DNA of 64,000 nt, taken from a virus. Made by a program: the position numbers and the translations under genes. The DNA lies in IMG/VR virus record IMGVR_UViG_3300033143_006513, one strand, 5' to 3'. Shown here one piece after another: positions 57,511 to 64,000 of this stretch. Position 1 is the stretch's first letter. Each line of letters opens with the position of its first letter. The notes beneath the pieces are model-generated. The model worked only from the letters and a program-made list of their open reading frames with translations. It was not told where the DNA came from and did not search any database.

Positions 57511-59931
57511 CTACTTAATTCTTTTTATTACTGGTCTCACTAATAAATCAACATCTTTATTATCTAAAAATAATTTAACTTCGTCAAATTTAACATTACC
57601 ACCAGTATCATAAACATCAAAATAAAAACTAAATCTATTATCAACAATATCAGAACATATATCTTCTGGAGCTATCTCTGGTTTATCTGATTCTTCAATA
57701 TAAAATTTACATGATTCCGACATTAAATTATCATTATAATCAAGTACTTTAATATTTAAAGAAACACCAGCACCACTATTAAAATCTATAACAGGATGAT
57801 ACGACAAAGCACAGCCACCTGAAATAGTATAAACAGTTGGAATTACTGGTATTCCATCCAACATTAATTCAATAGTATCTGGATTAACTCCAGCCCCCTC
57901 ACCGTCCCCAATAACAGCATAAATATCCACATCCTTTGGGACATCTGTAGCGCTACAAGCAGGAGAAGTAGTTATAACATTAGGTGGAATATAATCTTTT
58001 ATTATCTTAAACCAACAACCAAACCTAGATAAGTTCTTTGGAAAATCAGTATCATATACGTTTAAAAAACAATATATTTTTGAAAAAAACTTATACAGTG
58101 GGGCGGGAGAATAAACAAATCTTATTGAATATCTTCCGCCGCCCAAATCTATAAGAGTCAGTGTTCCGTCTTTTGATATATCTCTAAAGCCAGAATCGTA
58201 GTTAAACATGTCGTTTACTTCTCTAATTTTAAAAGAAAAAGAAGAAACATCAAAAGCATAAACTTGTGGGGATATAAGAAAATCTATAACTACAGCTCTT
58301 GAATTTTTCACACTATAGCATGTTGGTAAAAAATAACTAAGAAAATTAAATACAGAAACAACAGTATCATCGTCTAAAGGACCATTAATATATGCAGACT
58401 CTGTATTAAAAACCAAACCATCTGATGTTATTGAATGCCCAGCATCTAAACTCACTTTATCTTGACAAGATTTACTCTCTATACTAGACACTCTCCCACG
58501 TGATTCAATATCTGGACAAGTCAAAACACCTATATCTGTTCCATAAATCATTTGTAAAAAATTTATAAAACCACCGGCTTCAACTAAATCAGAATAAAAA
58601 AATTCAACTACCTTAGAACTAACATCTCCATAACTAGATACTAGGCCCTTTGATTCAACATCTCCCAATATATTTATATAATTATCACCATACACATAAT
58701 CCGAACTTCTCCAAGCAAAAGTAGAACCAAAGTATGCTGTCAGTTTTTGAGTAGTATCATCACCAAATGTATAAACGGTGCTTGCTTCTCCACTTACATT
58801 AGTTGGTATATCATTATCAAGAAAACTTCCAGCACCATCGGATGTTTTGAATTTAGCTATAACATTATATATTGGAATCGCATATTGATCTAAAACCTTC
58901 GCTATAACATTTATCTTATCATTATCAACATAACTTCCAAATCTAAGTTGAGAACTATTAATATATCTAACAAACGAGTTTGTAACCAAATTATAATTAC
59001 TAGTGCTTACTGTAGAACAATTAAAATTATTAAAACTAACTATGTCTTTTTGTAACGTATAAAATAGTTCATCAGATACAGCAACAATTCCGTAAACATG
59101 TTTATAACCTTCACAGCGTTGGTAAGAATATATAATATTTGATACTTCATAATTATTATTAATAATATATATACTATAATTTGAACATAAATATAACTTA
59201 TCATTATTAAAATCTGAACAATACGACGCCCTAATTTGGTACAACACCCTTTTATCTTTGACAAAAAACTTTTTGCTGTCCATAATATAAACAAGAGGAA
59301 CAGGACCGTTGCTAATACCTGTAGCACTAGACACAAGTAAATCACCAATAAATGTTATATAATTTCCAGCCGCAAAACTATTATCTAAAGGTTCTTTAAA
59401 ATAAACATGATTATCTACTATATAATCTACTTCTGTAATTGTTACATTATTGTAATGTGTTCCTATTGTTGATGGGCCTATAACACATTCTTGATCTGGT
59501 TTTATGTTTGCTGTATTATTTATATTTAGATAACTTTGACCTGACGGAGCTGAAGCTGTAACAGTTCTTACATATTTTTCTATAGAACATCCCCTTACAT
59601 CAAAACTATAGTAACCTGTTTTGCTATAACTTACTGCTTTTACTTCTTTTAATGATAATGTATTTAAATCTAAAACCCATCTTCTAAATGTAACATCTGC
59701 TGATCCTTCTTCCAAAGTAAAAAACAACGCACCACTATAATCAAAATTAACTTTCGAAGAACAAGCAGCACTGATAAATTTTATAGAATTAGTATAACTT
59801 GACTTAATATAAGACGATATAACATCACCAGTATAATTAACAGATATTAAATTAGAATTATCTATATAATAAAAAAGGCCCTCAGTTGGACCTATAGAGC
59901 ACGCTTGTGTAGAAATAGCTATATTAGACAT
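57511..59931 (-). CDS. virion protein with Ig-like (Big_1/Big_5-like) domains; paralog of ORF 59934-61184
   Basis: 806 aa; AKVLDQY..PI.N....F...G.G....T..SGEAS..Y (Big_1-like); PPNVITTSP...DVP....AVI.D..GAGVNPDTI.L.LDG (Big_5-like). Confidence 0.65.
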   Translation of the reverse strand: MSNIAISTQACSIGPTEGLFYYIDNSNLISVNYTGDVISSYIKSSYTNSIKFISAACSSKVNFDYSGALFFTLEEGSADVTFRRWVLDLNTLSLKEVKAVSYSKTGYYSFDVRGCSIEKYVRTVTASAPSGQSYLNINNTANIKPDQECVIGPSTIGTHYNNVTITEVDYIVDNHVYFKEPLDNSFAAGNYITFIGDLLVSSATGISNGPVPLVYIMDSKKFFVKDKRVLYQIRASYCSDFNNDKLYLCSNYSIYIINNNYEVSNIIYSYQRCEGYKHVYGIVAVSDELFYTLQKDIVSFNNFNCSTVSTSNYNLVTNSFVRYINSSQLRFGSYVDNDKINVIAKVLDQYAIPIYNVIAKFKTSDGAGSFLDNDIPTNVSGEASTVYTFGDDTTQKLTAYFGSTFAWRSSDYVYGDNYINILGDVESKGLVSSYGDVSSKVVEFFYSDLVEAGGFINFLQMIYGTDIGVLTCPDIESRGRVSSIESKSCQDKVSLDAGHSITSDGLVFNTESAYINGPLDDDTVVSVFNFLSYFLPTCYSVKNSRAVVIDFLISPQVYAFDVSSFSFKIREVNDMFNYDSGFRDISKDGTLTLIDLGGGRYSIRFVYSPAPLYKFFSKIYCFLNVYDTDFPKNLSRFGCWFKIIKDYIPPNVITTSPACSATDVPKDVDIYAVIGDGEGAGVNPDTIELMLDGIPVIPTVYTISGGCALSYHPVIDFNSGAGVSLNIKVLDYNDNLMSESCKFYIEESDKPEIAPEDICSDIVDNRFSFYFDVYDTGGNVKFDEVKLFLDNKDVDLLVRPVIKRIK

Positions 59932-59933
59932 AT

Positions 59934-61184
59934 CTAACTTTGATGAACTGTTGCTGTTATAGTAGCATCACTAACTGTCCCACCTGCTATATAACTTATA
60001 CTAGCGATACCATTAGAATCAGTTGTTGCATTCCCTACCGATAAAGATCCAGGACCACTCAATGTAAAATAAACAATCTTATTAGGAAAAGGTCTACCAT
60101 ATTGGTCTAATACAGAAGCTCTTATAGAAGACGTACTTAAATTATCAGCCGGCAAAATAGCTGGAGCAGATGTAACAGATATAGAATTAACCATCTTATC
60201 AAATTGAGCAACTTGATAGTCATATCCAGTCTTTAACATATAAGTTGTAGACCCGTTGCTATTCGGATCTGGAACAGCCGAAGTATCACGACCAAGAGTT
60301 AAATCGTAAACCGTTTCTGGTGATCCGCCATTAATCAAATCCATAACCATCGAACCATAAACACTGTGTGTTGGGGAATCAATATCAGAAAACAACATAA
60401 GTGTTCCTTTTATAAACATAACACATGATACAATATCGCTACTATTCACAGCACCATCATCATTAAAGTCATAAACAGCATCCCCTTCTCTATCCTTTAC
60501 CTGACCAAATACAGCTGATCTTATATCTTTAAATTGTGTCCCAGCGTTTCTTGATATAACAGAACCAGATTCTAAATCAATCTCATACAACGATCCTTTA
60601 GAAGAATCTGTTCCATCAAAGTTATTAAAATAATAACCACTTTTATAAAATCTAACTATATCTCCAGAATTATAAGAATAAGCTAATGGTGTTTTAACTG
60701 TAACTGTACTTGCTGTAAAACTATCTACAATTTTATCTTCGCTTTGCCCTAACGAATTAGGACCAATAACAAGACGTAAGTCATTATCTAATCGACTACC
60801 ATCATCTATCGATAACAGTGTCTGCCCATCGGCCTCGTTACCTGTAAATTTAATAGTATAATGTTCTACAGCAAAGGCATAACCACTTATAGTTTCAGAA
60901 ACTGTAGAAATAATTTCAAACTTGGATCTTTGAACACACATCAAATCTGTTATTTTCCATTTACGGATTATTACTCTAGACGAGCCCTGTTCTAAACTCC
61001 AAAAATGTACGCCATCATAATCTAAAGATAAAACTTGACCTGCAACAGGAACATCTAAAGCATAACAAAACGCTGTTTCCCCATCAAAAGTAGTCTTAAC
61101 TAACAGTTGAAGAGAATCATTAATAGTATAAAAATAATTATCAACATAAACGAAATTTGGATCTGGTAAGGATATATTAGCCAT
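59934..61184 (-). CDS. virion protein with C-terminal Big_1-like Ig domain
   Basis: 416 aa; ITVTSAPAILPAD..STS.IRASVLDQYGRP.PN..V.F...GPG....TTDSNGIASISY; N-terminal part aligns with the 806-aa ORF. Confidence 0.65.
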   Translation of the reverse strand: MANISLPDPNFVYVDNYFYTINDSLQLLVKTTFDGETAFCYALDVPVAGQVLSLDYDGVHFWSLEQGSSRVIIRKWKITDLMCVQRSKFEIISTVSETISGYAFAVEHYTIKFTGNEADGQTLLSIDDGSRLDNDLRLVIGPNSLGQSEDKIVDSFTASTVTVKTPLAYSYNSGDIVRFYKSGYYFNNFDGTDSSKGSLYEIDLESGSVISRNAGTQFKDIRSAVFGQVKDREGDAVYDFNDDGAVNSSDIVSCVMFIKGTLMLFSDIDSPTHSVYGSMVMDLINGGSPETVYDLTLGRDTSAVPDPNSNGSTTYMLKTGYDYQVAQFDKMVNSISVTSAPAILPADNLSTSSIRASVLDQYGRPFPNKIVYFTLSGPGSLSVGNATTDSNGIASISYIAGGTVSDATITATVHQS

Positions 61185-61674
61185 AATTTTTGATTAATCT
61201 CTTTTTAGGATTCCATATTAATTTTATATCTTTATACGTTCCATCAACAATAACATCGTCTGTTACTTCCATATCATTGATATACATCTTTATTGAATCA
61301 GTATCTATGCCTGCAGATGGGTAATCATCTTTTAATCTAACAACTACAGAAGAAAACAAGCTAACAGCAACCCCTGTTGGCCCGTAATAACTAACATATG
61401 GTTTTTCTCTATCTACATTTATATCTCCCCAATATATTTGATCACATATAGATTCTATAGCTTTTGGCAATGCATTCCAAAAACCATTGATAGCTGTAGT
61501 ATGTACGTAAATGGGTTTAATACTGTCACCATTTTTATCTTTATATAAAGTAGCTACAGTAAATACATACTTATGATCTCCTAATTCATTTACTGGAACT
61601 ATAGACTTAAGATCAACATTTATAGTTATAACCCCGTGATCAGAATTAGGATTAATAATAGTTATATCAGGCAT
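61177..61674 (-). CDS. small virion protein with Big_5-like Ig domain
   Basis: 165 aa; KPYV...P....SVVVRLKD...AGIDTDSIKMYIND; N-terminus similar to ORF 61678-62616; 8-nt overlap with the downstream gene. Confidence 0.6.
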   Translation of the reverse strand: MPDITIINPNSDHGVITINVDLKSIVPVNELGDHKYVFTVATLYKDKNGDSIKPIYVHTTAINGFWNALPKAIESICDQIYWGDINVDREKPYVSYYGPTGVAVSLFSSVVVRLKDDYPSAGIDTDSIKMYINDMEVTDDVIVDGTYKDIKLIWNPKKRLIKNYG

Positions 61675-61677
61675 ATT

Positions 61678-62616
61678 TTATCCAGTATAATCTATTTGAT
61701 TAGCCAAGGATAAAATACCCCAAGTCAAAGCATCATCAACGCTTTTTAAACAAGATTCTGGTTTATACTCTGGATCATTATACCTAAGTTTCTGAACTTT
61801 AGCTCCAGAAGCATAATTACTTGATATACCCTCAAAATTATGTGCTGCAGTTGTTGCAACTTCTATAGCAATTTGAGTTCCAGAAATAGCTGTAAAATAA
61901 TCACCAGGTATTTCACTTCCACTAGCAGTTATACACATAGAATCACCAGGATCAAAATCCAATCCAGATTCAACATGTAAAGTACTACCCCCAGTAGTAT
62001 AAGGACTTGATACAACAACTTCGCGTATATCTGTTCCAGCAAGACTTTTAGAGTCTACAGGAAAATCAAATCCTAAAAGACCACTAGCTGATCCAGAAGA
62101 ATCAACTTCAACTGATGAAGCATCATCTCCAGAAAGAAACTTAGAAATTGTTCCAGATTTTATAACAAACCTACTATTAGTAAAAGAACATATACAATTT
62201 TTATAACCAAGATTATCTTTAACTGGGCCATCTGTAACATCTGCCAATGCCCGTAACTTAAGTTGAATATCTGTAGCTACTACATCTCCAGTTAAATTAG
62301 TACCATATCCAAGTGTTATAGATTGAGCTGTTGCTCCATCTATTTTTACTTTTAAACCATCATTGCCTGAATTTATAGTAAAAACAGCTCCTTTAAATCC
62401 TGAACTTTTACACCAGCCGCACAAAAATTCTTGTATAAATATATCACTTATTACGGTCTTATCGTCATAATTAGAATAAGCATTTGTTTTACATGTAAGT
62501 ATAAACTTTTCATCTCCTTGAGCCCCAACAGGTACTACTTTTAATAAATCTAAAGTAACAGTTTTTGAATTCTCAGGATGACCCTCTAAGTCATATACAG
62601 TAGCGTTTATAGCCAT
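61678..62616 (-). CDS. virion structural protein sharing domains with ORFs 61177-61674 and 47399-48946
   Basis: 312 aa; DLLKVVPV...GDEKF..T..T N-terminus; central FTINSGND.LKVKIDG...VA.DIQ.KL domain; GAGG RBS. Confidence 0.6.
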   Translation of the reverse strand: MAINATVYDLEGHPENSKTVTLDLLKVVPVGAQGDEKFILTCKTNAYSNYDDKTVISDIFIQEFLCGWCKSSGFKGAVFTINSGNDGLKVKIDGATAQSITLGYGTNLTGDVVATDIQLKLRALADVTDGPVKDNLGYKNCICSFTNSRFVIKSGTISKFLSGDDASSVEVDSSGSASGLLGFDFPVDSKSLAGTDIREVVVSSPYTTGGSTLHVESGLDFDPGDSMCITASGSEIPGDYFTAISGTQIAIEVATTAAHNFEGISSNYASGAKVQKLRYNDPEYKPESCLKSVDDALTWGILSLANQIDYTG

Positions 62617-62639
62617 TTTATTAACCTCTTATTTGATTT

Positions 62640-62948
62640 TTAAATCTCAAAATACCTTCTACCTATAAATTCAGTAGTGTAATAAGGACAACTATCATCC
62701 ATACAAATCCAACCACTTTGTCCTCCCCTTTGGTAAAATCTCATTCTACCTAAAGTCTGTGTGTGATTTGCTTTAGAATACTCACCAGACGCTGTTGTGT
62801 TTTGAGTAGAATATTTACACAAGTGATATCTATAACCTGCTTTATTTGGATCAGAGCCATCATCATATCTTTTATTACGTGGTAAATTACCACTAAATGT
62901 GGTTCCAAACTTTTGTTCCCAAGTCAAATTAGAGTAATCTACAGGCAT
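62640..62948 (-). CDS. small hypothetical protein, possible Zn-binding (H-L-C...H...C-x4-C)
   Basis: 102 aa; tightly packed in the operon; YHLCKY and WICMDDSCPYY. Confidence 0.6.
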   Translation of the reverse strand: MPVDYSNLTWEQKFGTTFSGNLPRNKRYDDGSDPNKAGYRYHLCKYSTQNTTASGEYSKANHTQTLGRMRFYQRGGQSGWICMDDSCPYYTTEFIGRRYFEI

Positions 62949-62951
62949 ATT

Positions 62952-63368
62952 TTATCCATCGAAAATATAATTTTCTCTTAATGACGAAAATGTCTTAGTA
63001 TTATAATTTAAATAATTATTATGTATATCCTCTTCATGAAGAGAAGTATCTATAACCAAAAAATCATCACTTAAAAACTTAGGAACTTTAGAAAAATTAG
63101 ATACATGTATTAATGCATCTTTTAAATAAACAATGTTCCCAGCATATACAACTTCTCCCCAACTTAAAGTCGCTATATGATAACTCTTAAGTAGTATAGC
63201 ATATTGTTCTGTAAAATCTAACTTTATACTATCATTATTATTTATTTTAGCTGCCAAACGTAAGGCAGGCCCAGAAAAATAAGCACCATCTAAATATACT
63301 ACTACGCCTTCGTCACCTTTAATATATCTAACATTTAACCAATGCAGTTCTAAAATATATTTATCCAT
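62952..63368 (-). CDS. hypothetical protein (138 aa)
   Basis: TAATG stop/start overlap with the upstream gene; 3-nt gap to the downstream gene. Confidence 0.65.
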   Translation of the reverse strand: MDKYILELHWLNVRYIKGDEGVVVYLDGAYFSGPALRLAAKINNNDSIKLDFTEQYAILLKSYHIATLSWGEVVYAGNIVYLKDALIHVSNFSKVPKFLSDDFLVIDTSLHEEDIHNNYLNYNTKTFSSLRENYIFDG

Positions 63369-64000
63369 TATTCAAACCACAACGGTTGGTGTTTCACTGT
63401 TGCATTACCAGTAGCTGTTTTTCCATGATCTATCGCAGAAGGGCTGTTTCCAACACTGCTAACTATTCCATATGCTGTTTCACTGGCATTTCCTATACCT
63501 GGAAATCCTGCACTAACTGACCCCTGAAAACCTGTAGCATCAATAGAACTAAAAACAATACCTGTAATATCATTAGTTGTTGATTTAGTTCCTTCAGCCC
63601 CACCGCAAAGTACAAGATTAGGAATAGGATCAGATACCCACTGTTGTCCGTTATAAGTACATTGCCCGGGTCCTTGGGGACTTCCTTTACTGTAACTATA
63701 ACCAGTCAAATAAAACGAACCGCTAGGACCTTCAACACCTGCTTCACATGCAGCAGGATTAACTGTACAATCAAATTTAACTGTAGACTCAACACAACCA
63801 TCAGCCTGAACAATTGGAATTATTGGACCACCACCACCATAAACAGTCAAAGATAAAGTCTGTGTAACATTCAAAATAGTATCATATGGAGTAAAACTAC
63901 CTAGTTGCCATAACCTTTGAACATTGGGCGATAAGTTCCAATTAACCGAAACAACTCCTGTAAAACCGTCTACTGTAGTTGATGATCCTATAATTACTGC
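63368..64000 (-). CDS. 5'-truncated structural protein, possibly tail-tube-like
   Basis: Frame is open to the window end (AVIIGSSTTVDGFTGVVSVNWNLSPNVQRLWQLGSFTPYDTILNVTQTLSLTVY...), so the TTG at 63874 is not the start. SVNW..P...RLW.LG..PY...T.S.T.Y resembles tube-fold proteins; not verified. Confidence 0.45.
   Translation of the reverse strand, partial: AVIIGSSTTVDGFTGVVSVNWNLSPNVQRLWQLGSFTPYDTILNVTQTLSLTVYGGGGPIIPIVQADGCVESTVKFDCTVNPAACEAGVEGPSGSFYLTGYSYSKGSPQGPGQCTYNGQQWVSDPIPNLVLCGGAEGTKSTTNDITGIVFSSIDATGFQGSVSAGFPGIGNASETAYGIVSSVGNSPSAIDHGKTATGNATVKHQPLWFE

Noticed and set aside
677-63856. The many short ORFs (60-145 aa) nested in or antisense to large genes, e.g. 677-976, 5970-6407, 8773-8967, 42495-42743, 54156-54365, 57202-57426, 63644-63856
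   Set aside because: They are fully overlapped by long genes with recognisable domains, lack RBS or motifs, and have the composition expected of shadow frames.
4208-64000. Stop-codon reassignment (as in some large phages) to explain the split genes
   Set aside because: TAA ends most genes, TAG ends at least seven tightly packed genes (e.g. 19246, 45223, 47399, 52510) and TGA is used at 30700; kilobase-long ORFs are intact under the standard code.

Overview
Strongly AT-rich, almost fully coding 64-kb segment that reads as the virion-structure (tail/baseplate/fibre) region of a large, probably jumbo, tailed phage. The standard genetic code fits, and Shine-Dalgarno-like GGAG/GGGG sites precede several starts. 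Three plus-strand genes at the left end (a 5'-truncated kelch/FN3 fibre-like protein, a small hypothetical protein and a papain-family C1A cysteine protease) converge on a ~60-kb minus-strand block. That block encodes giant (1,100-2,700 aa) modular proteins with LamG/ConA-like, kelch-like, DUF2341, Ig-like and beta-helix modules, interspersed with four free-standing endonuclease genes: one Hef-like gene and three paralogous zinc-ribbon-repeat PD-(D/E)xK genes, one of them broken by an in-frame TAA. No tRNA, rRNA, CRISPR array, recombinase or reverse transcriptase is evident. Main observations: (i) one giant structural gene appears split mid-domain by a ~1.1-kb two-gene cassette, then broken again by a frameshifting deletion (32.4-30.7 kb); (ii) a family of 61-aa zinc-ribbon-array nucleases shares a leader that supplies RBS and stop codons; (iii) a fibre-like core module ending in Y-[ST]-COOH is reused with different payload domains; (iv) a hydrophobic-Ser-Gly motif recurs across the virion proteins. 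All domain assignments are by-eye motif recognition; no searches or computations were run.
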